Below, piece after piece: positions 14,290 through 26,820 of a DNA stretch of 64,000 nt. Location: the NCBI GenBank assembly GCA_002633005.1, contig NMRA01000035.1:300646-364645 (forward strand). Direction: 5' to 3'. Position 1 is the first letter of the stretch. Each line of letters begins with the position of its first letter. The stretch is from Phoronis australis (Eukaryota; Animalia; Phoronida). A program made the position numbers and the translations under genes. Under the pieces are notes generated by a model. That model had not been told where the DNA came from. It ran no database searches and was given only the letters and a program-made list of their open reading frames with translations.

Positions 14290-14927
14290 TTAATAGGCAA
14301 GTTCTGCACCCCAGGGCCTGTACGGCTTGACAGCGGTGTTGGTCGGACTGTAGCCGTTGTGGGTATTTGGTGACAGCATCGGCAGTGAATTCATATTCAG
14401 TGACATAGGGAATTGAGTATGAACCTGAGGCAAGGTGGGTACAAGCGATGACGTCACTTGCGCATGCGTCACAGGCGTACCCGTGTTGGAGATCGACGGC
14501 GCCACACTACCCGTTGGAGGTAAACGCACGTGAGTAAAGTTCGACGACATGTCCGAAGAGTGCTGTGAAAAGCGAGAATCCGAGTAGCTGACACTTGGCA
14601 CGGTAGGCAGAGCCGAATGCGAAGACATCGATGACGTCAGTTGAGGTTCCTGATTGTGTTGTGGAGGACTGATCATGGAAGTCGTGTTCGAATTGTACTG
14701 GGAGTTGTTCCATGTATTATTTTGCATGTTCGCCTTAGCTGCCAAGTCTCTTTGAGCGGAAAAGCACTGCAGGTGACTCATCAAGCGAAGACGAAGGGGG
14801 TCCTGTATATCCATACCTTCAACAGCTACTAAGTAACGCGCTACTTCGGCAGCGCACTCGCGGAAGCCGACACTGCGATAATCCATGGCCAATGTATGAG
14901 GATCTGGGTAATTATAACTGTTGAGAC
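14290..14927 (-). CDS. HEY: Hey exon 5 (Orange domain, Ser/Pro/Thr-rich region, YRPW)
   Basis: Acceptor ttttacag|GT CTC; lies inside ORF 14290..15021, whose first ~31 codons are intronic; stop TAA at 14292-14290. Confidence 0.97.
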
Positions 14928-17595
14928 CTGTAAAATTAACGTCCATATTAGTGTACGAATTAGCAAAACCGTGATTAAACAAATACAGATAATATGTAAT
15001 GCATGCAGCCAATTTCGCCATTTTTGGTACGGAAAAAAGTTGTAAATGTAAAAAAAATCAACTTTGAAAAATCAGTTTCGTTGAGCCTTTACATTAGTGT
15101 TAATTCTAGCAAAACAACTAAAATCTATGAAAATGGCATCGTGCTTGGCGCTTGTAGGAAAACAACGAGCATGTTACGTGTCCAAACAGTTTTAAATTGC
15201 GCACTTTCCACGCCCTGGGGTGGAAATCGCTATTAAAATTTGAACGCACTTAAAAATCAATGATTTTTGTTTAGATTTCTAAGTGAACTTTATTTTCAAA
15301 TTAGAGACGCCAACATTTGCCAACAAACATTGGGGGTGAACGAAGAGTTCTAGTGACAGGTAATCGATCGATTGAATCATTCTGATTGCCTTTACTCTAA
15401 CAGCTCATTCATACAATTAGAACACATAAAAGCAATATAAACTTCATTCAACTTTATCATAACAGCCTACATATACTGTTGTTAATCACTACATGTCGCC
15501 ACCAATAGCGACTGACAAAGACCATGACACTATAAACACTTAGGAAACGTAAAACATGGTATGCAGAGATAACAAAACATAGTGACTTATTTATTTATTA
15601 TTTTTCCAGTTAAGTAAGCCGTTTACCTTTCTGGTGCAGCACTTTTAAATGATCCACTGTCATCTGCAATATTTCCGCCTTTTCTAATTTGGCCGATCCC
15701 TATAACGAAGAGTGAATACCTATTTACCACACTCGATGACTCGCGTAACAATCTACATTGTGTTTCATCGATCGTTAAGGCAAATAACATCAAATTCTCA
15801 TTGACAGTTATACAGCCCGTATCGTTTATTAATTTGTTCTGCAAATTAAAAGTCGTACTTCACATGAGAAAGCTGACCGTGAAATTTGAAACCGTGTGAA
15901 AGTTACTTCGCAAGATAAAACGTGGAACAGAGGTAGAGTAAATTGAGTTACAACAGACTTTTTGAATTATCCTGCAAATTTTTTAACCTAGAGGAAGTCA
16001 GAGTTAATGGTTCTTTTATTATATGGCTCGAGGTTAAATCTGTTCAGAATAGAAAGGAGCAATTTTTTCTTTTTCACAATCAGACACGTGGTGCTAATTT
16101 ACAGGTAAGACAGAAACACTATTAAAACAATAAGTTGCAATAGCAAATACAAATTGACAACTTTTCAATGTTACTTACAGATGAAACTATAGGCAAGACT
16201 AAATTTCCATCTTTTCGGAAATGCCATGTAAACAATTATGAGTGCCGGACTTGAAACATTAACTCAATGAAAATCCCATTTATAGTAAATGAACTTTTGT
16301 GAGAACAGCAACTGGCATAAAGGGGCAATGTCGTGGACAAACTCTGAACAGATGCCAAACCACAAAGATATCCCAAGCCACATACAGACAGTGCCATTCC
16401 AAACCACCAGAGACGAGACTTGGCGTGTTCAAAGAAGTAAAACTGTGCAATAGGTTACGCTAACTCTAAGTTTGAATAAACTTTAATCACTTTATATTAA
16501 TGGACAGAAGACAGCTTAAAACAACTTCTTAAACTCTTAAGAGCCGTCCCCAAACTCGTAATAATGCAACATTGTTCAATACGTTTTACAACCACCCCCT
16601 GTATTGGACATCAGTCTATTATGATCTACACTATCACCTGTTCAACTCGATCAAAACTATTTTACGGTTTTCAAGCGTGACGAATTAACGAAAGCGGACA
16701 ACACAAAACATCGCCACATGATAAATTGTTATGTGTCCTCAGTAGACATACCTTCATTTTTAAGAGTATCCATGCACCGTTTATTGATGCTTAAATCAAG
16801 GTTGAGGTGAACCAGAAGAGAATGTATCCTTTCACGTTTCTGACAAGGGCAGGTGACAGAGACGGCATTTTGATGAACAACGTTGTAAATGAACAAAATA
16901 CATATACACGTACCTGTTTTTCAAAGGCCGTAGGTACAAGGCGACGTAATTCGGACAAGCTATTGTTGATTCGATCGCGTCGTCTTTTTTCGATAATCTA
17001 GAATTAAAAACAAGGTAAACCACATCAGCTATATCATCAAATAAAAAACGGTTTAAACTCTTAATGCTTGGTCATTGAAACTTGTGGCCCGAAAAAAGAT
17101 AAATTGGTGACGTAATCCAGTCACTGAAATTAGAAAAAAGAACAAATATCTTTACGAAAAACTGACAAAACCTTTAAGATTTAAAAACTGAGAAATTAAA
17201 TCATTTAGCTTTGTTTGAAATATGATACATAACATCACTTACCCCACGTCGCTTCTTCCTGTCCGACATCCCTATTTGACAGCTTTGAGTCGGAGACCTG
17301 CAGGCGGAAAAGAAAAACAATCGTTAATAAATAAATAAATAAAATAAACAAGGCGTTAAAGATGAGCGCACACTATCTTGTTTAAGTTTAAGTGTCGGCG
17401 TATGCATCGGCGGATACCGCACGCGAGTGGTCAACGTTCAAGCCAGGGGATAACCTTCAAGTCGCCATAGCAACACGTGTCATCACACGGCGACCAGTGG
17501 CTAGGCATAAGTTCTTACCCGGCCTTAAGTCTGTCGTCAAACACATCTTCGTGATCCGAACTGTCGCTGAAACTTCTTTTCATCGCGGAAACCAT
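14290..17595 (-). CDS. HEY: Hairy/enhancer-of-split related with YRPW motif (Hey), spliced CDS join(17595-17519,17297-17243,16997-16914,15699-15627,14927-14290), 308 aa
   Basis: All introns GT-AG with matching phases (2,0,0,1); 927 nt total. Translation has the MKR N-terminus, the b[56 protein letters not shown] (Gly in the basic region, diagnostic of Hey versus Hes), the Orange domain ([21 protein letters not shown]...[12 protein letters not shown]) and C-terminal [12 protein letters not shown]. Confidence 0.97.
15627..15699 (-). CDS. HEY: Hey exon 4 ([24 protein letters not shown])
   Basis: 73 nt, tag acceptor and AAAG|gtaaac donor; loop and helix 2. Confidence 0.97.
16914..16997 (-). CDS. 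HEY: Hey exon 3 ([28 protein letters not shown])
   Basis: 84 nt, tag acceptor and CAG|gtacgt donor; canonical Hey basic region and helix 1. Confidence 0.97.
17243..17297 (-). CDS. HEY: Hey exon 2 ([18 protein letters not shown])
   Basis: Polypyrimidine tract with cag acceptor, GGG|gtaagt donor; ends in the RKKRRG basic motif. Confidence 0.93.
17519..17595 (-). CDS. HEY: Hey exon 1 ([26 protein letters not shown])
   Basis: ATG at 17595 with a second in-frame ATG at 17583 giving the family-typical MKR start; donor GG|gtaaga, phase 2. Confidence 0.88.
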
Positions 17596-17654
17596 AGGTA
17601 CTGTTTACAAGAAGACGTTTGCAGCAAAAATGATGACTTGTGCCAGCTACCCTC

Positions 17655-17812
17655 TGAGTTTATAGTCTGATTTTCGTTCCCACGGCTTCATAGCTAAAAT
17701 AACCCAGGAGTGTGGGATTACTCCGCCCCCTTAACTAAACCTCAGTGTTGACTGACAGATGATCAGCTGTTAACATATACTATCAGATCATATTCTGCGC
17801 GCTGATTGGTTG
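17655..17812 (-). promoter_or_regulatory. Hey core promoter: TATAAA (17664-17659), CSL site CGTGGGAA (17684-17677), GC box (~17722-17730), CCAAT (~17809-17805)
   Basis: Motifs read directly, in canonical order, 60-220 nt upstream of the ATG; Hey genes are established direct Notch/CSL targets. Confidence 0.75.
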
Positions 17813-17893
17813 ATCGATTATTAATAGCTTGCCAGATGTCTCTGTCTGAATATGTATACTGTAAACAAACCACAAGTTTTTCTTACCGGAGAT

Positions 17894-18642
17894 AGTGGGA
17901 AAAGATGTAGGTTTTGAAATTTTATTGTAAATTAAGAATTATTCAACAAAATTGTTTCAGAGTTTCAAGGTAGAATTTATGATCTTCCATGTCGAAACAA
18001 TTCAAGTTATATTGCGATAGCCTTTTTCTAAGTACACCTTTTCGAGCCTGGGAAAGTTTCAATATCTATTGTTATTGTTCATTGCAGTGAAGATTTATCT
18101 TATCCATATCTGGGGCGCACAGGTGATAGCTCATTACGCTATACGCGAGACTTACACGCGCAGGTCGTGGGAACGACGTTAACTAAAGAAATTCCACATC
18201 TTTAACCACATTTTAGGGAGAGCTGTCTAGAATAACGAACATAGCTAATTGTTGATTCGTTCTGGTATTTGCTAGCGATAGAACTCGTCTGGCGGGCGCT
18301 TTATTTGTTTGCGCAAAGATGCCGTTCGACTACAGTAGCAGAGCGGATACAAAAGTGTAGTGTTGTGTATTGTATTTATATGTAATGTCTGACTGGTCGC
18401 GTGCGCCTGTCAGTTGGGGGTGGGACTGACTATTATAACAGTCAATGTACCTTCGGAATCAAATTTTTCAAGGCTCACTTTCGAGCTAGGAGTTCACCTT
18501 TTCCAATCCATGAAATTTTATATTCTAAATCTGTGGCAGTGTTCGTAGGCTTGCCAAACATTTTATGTACGGTACGTTCACAGGTTTTCCAGTCTCACCT
18601 GCCCATAGATTACAATACGGGACAGTATCTGAATTGTGAGAA
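17894..18642 (+). promoter_or_regulatory. Upstream CSL/Su(H) sites: AGTGGGAA 17894-17901, CGTGGGAA 18166-18173, TGTGAGAA 18635-18642
   Basis: Two exact YGTGRGAA matches and one near match (AGTGGGAA) within about 1 kb upstream of the Hey start. Confidence 0.55.
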
Positions 18643-21600
18643 AGTCACAAGGTCATCAGGTGATGCAAATTCTATCTTGTAATTAACTGCTTGTCGAGGC
18701 TTATTTTCGTTCCAAACATTATTCAGTGTTACAGTGCCGAGTCGAGTATGGCCGAGTCCGGCCTCAGCGTTCGGGGACCCGACTCGCAGACCACTCGCCA
18801 ATGATTTTGGGAGACAGCAACATATATCGCCAATTCGTCGGGCTGTCCGACCGCGTTAGATATCAAGTCCGTTGACGTAGTTACTTGTCTACCTCAGTGT
18901 GTAACCAGTTTCTTGTTTTGTCTTCACTTTCAAAACGCTAAAGGCGAACTTCAGCACATTTTTGTCTTATAGACCTGTCTGTTCAGAAGCGTTTATTCTG
19001 AAACCCCCATAAACGACGGGCGTTTATTGACTTGTGACTGTGTTCACTTAAAATCTGCTCTCAACGGGCATGGTTGTTCCTATACAGTTTTTCTATACGT
19101 TCACCGGTATTCACCCCCACTCGAATAATAACCACCGCGTCTGCTCTGCGCTCACCATCTTCTGGCAGAGCCTGTTAACGACATTGACTACACTGTTTAC
19201 TCTCCCGTGGAAACCTGCTGGCATAGCTATGGTTAGCGTAAATTGGAGTCGACATATAACACCGTGTACAATGTTTAGCGTACATAGGTCGTGCCAACAG
19301 GCGCACCTGTTCAAAGGATGTCCGCACACATACACGTGTGTTCAAGGCGTCGTCACGGGCCTCGGCCTTGATAGCTTGACCTGGTCGTCTCGGATCAGTG
19401 AACCACAGTGATTAATGTCCGCGCACAGATTACGCAGAAGACGCCGAATACATTTCAGCTCACTCGTTTTCGAGATAGCAGGTTTTCTACACAGGCCGGG
19501 TTCTTTTTGTAGAAATATAATTCCATGTCCATGTACATCAGTCAACCATATGGATAGAATTTCCACCTAGAGGGGTTCTTCTGACATTATACGGCCAGAG
19601 TAGATTACAGCAGGTATTAGTCCTCTTCTGACAGTTTTATTTAGTCCACTTACTGTTGTGAAATTGGTCCCACATCGTTTCCTTAGTCAAAATAGATGTG
19701 ATTTCTGTGCTTGGCAAGAATTAGCCATTAGTTATTGCTTGAGAAGATGTTCTACAAGTTGACCTGCCTGGCCTCCACTAATAACGAAACCACTTTTCAT
19801 CGAAGTTGGAAAAAGTTGAGACCGATTTTATAACGGAAAGTGGTCAGTATCAAAAGTTAGTTTCTTCGACGGAACGTGAGTTTATAGCCGTTTTAAGTGG
19901 CCATTAAAATGTTTAAAATATGTTTAAATGATACCAAACATAAAATAAAGCATTGTGCGAATGACGGAACAAATGAACGTGTAACGACGTCAATAAAATA
20001 AGCATTCCACTTCACGTTGTTAAAATTGAGAAAAAATAGTACTGAGTAAAGCCGAATGGTAAATAACCACAGGCATGTTAAAGGCAATTAACTTTGATAA
20101 TTTTTGTACGTGTAATAATTTCGGACCTTAAGATTAATTTAAATCAGTCCCATCTAAAACGTTTGCAAAGCAATACTAGTTAGATCTGCTTGATGGATGT
20201 TGAGAATGAATGCATATACAAGCGTTTTCAAGAAAAGGTATATGCCGGACAGTCCCTGGCCTGGTAGAAAACGAAAAAATCCAGTTATTATAGTCCAAGA
20301 AATCAACATTTTATACGAGTAGTCGCGCGCCTGCTTTTTCATAGAATTCCTGACGTCATGTTACCAGTGTTCTTTGATAACTACCAATTGTCTTTTGTTG
20401 TCGAAGTTGTGCGAAGTTGTGTCGTCTCATCGCAATAAAACGATCAAAATGTCTTCTGTAAAAACTCTCGTCTTCTCAACTGTTGCTCCTGAAATTTGGA
20501 ACACCGCAAATCCATCAAACACCAAGGATCCATGCAACGAAGACTTTACAGTTGTGAACACTTCGGAAAATAATTATTTGCACGCGTTAATATACCATCC
20601 CGTGCACGTTTTCGTTATTAAAATTTAATCGCGCCAACAGCGCTCCATTGCCGCGTGGACAGTTCTCATTAGCTCTCCCTATAACGAGAGTGTCACGTAA
20701 CTCTTCACGTGAGTTGATTTCAGAAGTCATCCGTCGTGACGGATTGTTTGTGGCGATTATATGGGACGGTGGTCGGGCACGAGAACGCAACCCGAGGGAA
20801 AGTGAGATATGAAACGATGCTTCTTCACACGTGGACAGGCCTGTCACTGATCGCGATTGAATCAGAAATCGAGCAAAACAATAGGAGCGCGAGCACGTGT
20901 CGGAGCTATTAATTCGGGTACTCGGAACAGAGCATTTTCAGTTTTACAAGAATATTATCCGCTTGCTGTGGGCATCTCGGAAAAAGGAGAACATTGTTGA
21001 TACTTGCCCATATGTTGTTGATAAAAACTATTAATTATCTGTTCGTCATCGACACAATTTGACAACACTTACATTCTAAGTAATTTTTATAGAATACGCA
21101 TTTAAATATAGGCGCCCAATTCACACTTGTTACAGTATTCAATTAATTGGTTAATATTCCCCCACTGGGCGTTAATAGTACTGGTTATCAGTTTGCTGAC
21201 CGTTAATCCCTTACACTGGATAGTGTGAAAAGCTTTTCCTTCCCGCTGCAAACGATGCGCACTCAGATGCTTAATTGTATCCATCCGCCGTATGCCTTAT
21301 TAATTAACCCACAAAATCATTTAAAATCATTAGTCATTAAGAGCCTATAGCGATTCCCACGCTTTGAACATTTATATGTTTATTTCGTCTAGTAGCCACG
21401 TGACATGTGCGCGCCTAATGACAGCCACGATCAAATGATCGAGGATGATAATTATGAACTGCCAGTCTTTATACTTGAAACGGGTATTGGTTTCTAATAG
21501 TACCACGATCAAGCACTCCGGATAATTAATCTATTTACTTTTCACTGCTTCTTGTTTTAAGCGCATTTCCCCATCCTTGTTGACACCCTGAAGAGGAATG

Positions 21601-24600
21601 AAGTCATTCTCTTGTTTGGAGAAGCGAATCTCATTCTATTTGAAGCACTTTTTGGCGACGGATATTAAAGCTGCGGTATACCTACTGGTCAGCCGCACTC
21701 ATTGATTTGATATAATCTTACGACTACTTGTTAGAGAAGAAAACGAATTGCAATTTAAATAGATCTAATTTTACAACCGAAAATTTAAGATGAGGTTCAT
21801 CTTTACTACCACAACGCATTTGCAGCACAACGGCAATACGAAATCTCAGTGCAACATAATGTCGAATAAAGAAAAAGTTTGCTAGGAAGATCCGACGTGT
21901 CCTATCCTTTTGTTTACTATACTTAATGGATATTTAGACCAGAAGGCGTGAAAAATTAAAGAAGTACAGTTTATTACCATGTCGTGTTCATGAGGTTATG
22001 AAGCAGGCAATGCATTCGCTCAAACGTGACACCTGGCGCGAGCCCCGTTAGACGGTCGCGTGCGGTGGTTGCCAATCTAACTGCGGAAATAGATATCAAT
22101 CTGTCTGTTATTTCTTTTGGTACTCATGTATAGTAAACCAAAATCGCCGGCCTTCATTACAAATAAATGCGCGAACATGAACTTGTTATACACACACACA
22201 CGGTAACTGATCCGTCTAACGAATTGCACAGTGAAACGCCGTAGTTTAAAAGTCGGTCGTCTTCAGAACAGTAAGTTGAATCTGTGACAGGTTGCGCGTG
22301 TACAACGTGTTCAAAACTGTTTTTAGCCCTGTTTACTGGCTGGCCAAACAAAAAAGTCGAATTAGGCCTCGCAAAATCGATTTCGTAATATTTCATACCG
22401 ATCATATTTTTGTTGGTAACGCAAGTCACAAGTAACGCGTACATGCATGCGTCATCTCCGAATTCGCCATTTTAGGGTTGGCTAACCTTCAATAAACTCT
22501 GAAGCGTTTTCATGAGTTGCAGATGACTTCGTTATTCTTGTTGGTAACAGAAAATAGAATCGTTTCACGGTAGGAATTAATATATCAGTCCGATTTTATG
22601 AGAGCAAAACGCCTAATTCGCTGTTCGTTGTTAGGCAACTAATTTGAGCAAATATAAAGTATATATAGATACGAATAATTCGATTTTAACTAGATACCAG
22701 TTGCTTGAAATGTGCTGAAAGCGATGTATGCAATAAGGCACTCGCAAAAGCCTACAGCATTCGTTCAAATTTTGTCTTCTGAGTTTCTTCCTTTTTCTCG
22801 TGGATGATGACCGAAAGAATTAGGAAATGCACTATTTGTCACAGTTTAGCTTTTCTCATGTTTTGTATTTACAAGGTTAGGAAACGAGCGTTTTGCATAT
22901 TTTTGGTTCTAAGAACACAATAGCAACATTTAGACCAGCGTCTTGTTATTTGTTTTCTATTAACTGTCAAAGTGGCGCCATTACGAATTCAAAGTGTGAA
23001 AATATGCATTTTTATCTTTTCGTTTTCGCGCAGTTCGTACAAAGAGAAGACGGTTACGAAAATGACTGCGCATAACGATAGGAAATACCGTTGTATACGG
23101 AATCTGTACCTTTTTCATGTATGAACGGGAGTAGTACCTAGTTTGAGCGATGTAACAACATTTCTGCAAAAAATCATGGCCGCCATTCTTGTGCTCTCAT
23201 TAAGGCGGCTATGTTATCAAATTCGTGCCAACATTTGCGTAAAACTAACCATGGTCTTCCGGTGTTCTTTGCTCTGTAAAACCACGTGACCCTTCAGTGC
23301 ATGTATGAGGAAACTGGAAAAGTTTCAAAAACTTTTGTTTATCGAATTGTCACCACAAATTTGCGAACAGCTGGACATCTTGTCACATTGTTGTATTTCC
23401 GATTGATGTTGATGTACTGATATTTACATCGTGTTTACGTGAACCGCAGCTCGTCTGCTACTAAAGTATGCAATCTTCCTCTCTCACTTTCCTCACGGCC
23501 GTTCTCATTAACAACGTCCTTTCATGTTTCTCATCAGCTTAATTCCTTTCTTGCGAGCTGTAGTTCTTTTCTCATCAAGTGTAATTCAGTTTTTACAAGT
23601 TTAATTATTTTCTTGTTACGCATTTCGTTTCTCATGAACGGCATTCTTTTCTCCCGAACAATTATAGTTTCATAGGATTTCTGTGATTTCGGGATGACTT
23701 CACGTTTACTTGGCGCTTTATTCATGATCAAAAGCGAGACTGAATCGTAAGAAAACATTGAAGGACGTAAATTTGCACAAATATTCTTATATCACCTAAA
23801 AAGAGTTGGAGTTGGCCTTCGGTTTCTCCGTCTGGTGATATTTCGTGCGAGACTTGGCCACACGTTAAAAATCGTTCGTTGACAGCCACGTTTGCTAACT
23901 GTCAAGGTCACTATTGTTTGGTAAGATGGCCTATAATTTGGATATTACTATCGCCAATTTCACCCAGACATCGGTTGACCCGTGAAGCTTAGATCCGAGG
24001 GGTAAAGGCTAAGTTCAAGAATATCTGAAAGTTTCTGTTTCCAACCAATCCGGCAGCATTCACATGGTAATGGTATAAATGTATTATCAAGCGTTGTTTT
24101 CGCCATTTAGTCGAGAGAAAACTACATTTTATTGCCAAGTCTCCATAGAGGGCAATGTAAAAATCGGCTCATGTGTTTACCCTACCTAGTTCTCCACCAC
24201 GGTCCTGCGCACGTGCTACGCGCGCCCAACTGGAAACCGTAGACTCGTGCATATATTCCAGACTACGGAAATACCCGAATGACCACGAGCGAGAAAATTT
24301 CCCCGCAAGAACTTAAATTGTCACCATCAAAATGTCAAAAAAGTTAAAGGTTCATTTCTCCTCGTTTAGCTGGCTAAATAACGAAGGTTGAATTAGGCCT
24401 GTTGCTCTCAAAAAATCAGTCTCGTGATATTCCTTGCTGTGAGACGATGCTGTTTCCGTTTCCAACACGAACATCGAAACCAACAAATATACAAGAAAAC
24501 ACGCGCACATTGGCTGTGGCTTGGCTCGTTCGGCAACAATTCACAGTGGAATGAGGATGGTAATGTCTTAGATTCCAAAAGCGCCTGGGTTAAGAATTCA

Positions 24601-26479
24601 ACACTAACAGTTAAACAGCGGCGATATGCTACTTTTTACTCTAATGCTGCCGCTACTGCCACTGCGAGATTGAGAAACTATCATCAATGTCACAATCCAG
24701 GGTAAACCTCGACTTGAATTTGACCGAACTAGAATGTACTGAATAAACAAACAGTTCTTGCTTTGCGCAATGTCAACTAACAATACATGTAAATTTTCAT
24801 AAAACAAATAACAATATATCATGTAAATAATAACGCGTTTATTTTTGTTTCGTATCTAATCACAATATGACCTGATTTGAACGTGTCCTTTTGTTTTATT
24901 GTGCTTGACCCGACAAGGAAAGTGCACGCACCTATCTGCCCTATAGCGCTTGTATCGGCTAATATTCACCACAGGTTATATTGTTTTGATTAGGCATTCG
25001 CTCGGCACATGGAGAAACGAGTGTCTGAACACACACACGCGCTACAGACTGTATCGAACACACCTTCTATCAGCTGAGGCGGGCGCCTTAACAAGGTGCT
25101 AACGTTTCTAATGATCAGCGCGCGCCTGATGGATTCCTGCGGAGTAAACTGCTTTTGAATGGAATAGACATCGTTTGCGTTTATCTCCGCCTAGCGCATC
25201 GACGACCAATCGGCGAATTTTAGCGAGAGGTCGGAACTGAGAACCCAGGCAGAGCGTAAATTACGCGGTTATCGGACCGAGTTATGGGGTTTTAATGGGT
25301 ATTCGCAACAAGTGTTTCTACTGCGTTATGACGGGAAGCAATTTTGTCGAATGTTTTAGAACCTGTTGCTGATTACTTTGACAAACAAAAACCGTGAGAA
25401 CGGCGGTCGAAACATTTGTGCGCTATGAATTCACCAACACGGTAATTGTCCCGACTGATCGACCGGGTGAAATGGACAGCCAAGAAAAAAGTAATTTTTG
25501 GTTTTGAAATACAGAATTGTAAAGGCTTTTTTGATATTTATGGATAAGGAAATACAACACACATTCATGGTTTCTGTACTTAGCTGTTGGACTGTATATA
25601 AACTAGCGTTCTCGTAGTCATTAATATCACTCATTTATTGATTTTATTGTCCAAAAGACATCACCTCGGTGCCGAATGAACTTTCATATACAGTTTTTTT
25701 GTGTATAAAGCTTGACTGTGACAAGTTGTAACGATAAGTGGTTCAAATCAAAACTTGATTTTTATGGGCTTCTGAAATGTCGCTTCAAGTTAATTTCGGA
25801 TCGTTATGGGAAACAGCTCAACCGTGAAGTGATTCACATCACTTAATTCTGTATAAAAATAACTGCTGAATGACGTGAGTACCAAATTTATCTTAAAAAG
25901 TGCTCTAGACATTTTCAAATGATTTCTTGTAGGCAAAAGAAATTTGTGGAATTTTGTAACTGGTATATATACCTGTACATTGATAAGGTTGCTTATTGTC
26001 GTTTTGTACTTAAAGAAATATCGCCAGGTTTGTAGTCACCAAATATGAATTACTTTAAAAAAATGAGACTGGAAAATTGTTTTGCCTGTTGATCATTTCT
26101 AGTTCTGTCATTTTATGATTTAATTGTGCAAATTATCTCAGGTAAAATTTCTGCACTCAACAGCAAAGACCTACCATAAAAGAAACTTTAGTTTGCTGTC
26201 CCTATCTCAAACTATCAACACGAAATATGGAGGATACCTTTTTCATACGACGGTTGAAATATTTTTTCTTACACAAATAGGCCTACACGGGTATTGACAA
26301 GGAAACCATAGTGTCAATTCAATTATTTTTGCAAGGGATGGCCAGTTCTTCCAAAATTAGACCGCTTCAACTTCTTTACAAGAGCTGGCTTAATTTACTC
26401 CTGTCTATGACTGGCGATGGAAGCAATTTTGTCTTGGTAATGTAAATTTTGAATCCAGTTGTTAGGGTTAATTACAATT

Positions 26480-26820
26480 ATTTATTTGTATTTATTTATT
26501 ATAGTGACAAGTGCAATTAATTCAAACAGTTATTGGTATAACATTAGTAAGAAAAATAAGTATCCAGCCCAGTTAGGCTTATTAGTCACTTTAACCACAC
26601 AACTCAGATGTGCCATAAATGCGACGGTTTCTAAGTTCAAAAGCAGACTTGATATATTTGATAAATGGCCTAGGGAAATACTAAAACAGCAGTTTTAACG
26701 TATCTAATCTTCTGAAATCTGCAAAGTTCGGGACTTGAAGTGAAACATTACTAAACAGAATAGACCTCGGCGAGTTATAAAGAGAACAATCAAACACGAA
26801 ATGTATTTCACCGTTTTCAT
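26480..26820 (-). mobile_element. 3' end of the same LINE family, 5'-truncated
   Basis: ENGEIHFVFDCSLYN...VSLQVPNFADF (ORF 26681..26896) and 3'UTR alignable with 47330-47660. Confidence 0.75.

Noticed and set aside
14928-15021. N-terminal part of ORF 14290..15021 ([14 protein letters not shown]...)
   Set aside because: Intronic read-through upstream of the exon 5 acceptor; the real N-terminus comes from exons 1-4.
17677-17718. Possible Su(H) paired site (SPS) in the Hey promoter
   Set aside because: The second site TGTGGGAT is a mismatch, and the 26-bp spacing and orientation do not fit the head-to-head 15-17 bp SPS.
19070-19620. Cys-rich overlapping short ORFs upstream of Hey
   Set aside because: No consistent EGF or zinc-finger spacing in any frame; explained by GC-rich regulatory DNA.
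23439-23758. Lys/Arg/Glu-rich coiled-coil-like ORF resembling a third bZIP
   Set aside because: No NxxAAxxCR basic motif, stops immediately downstream and no supporting splice sites; possibly a decayed transposon ORF.
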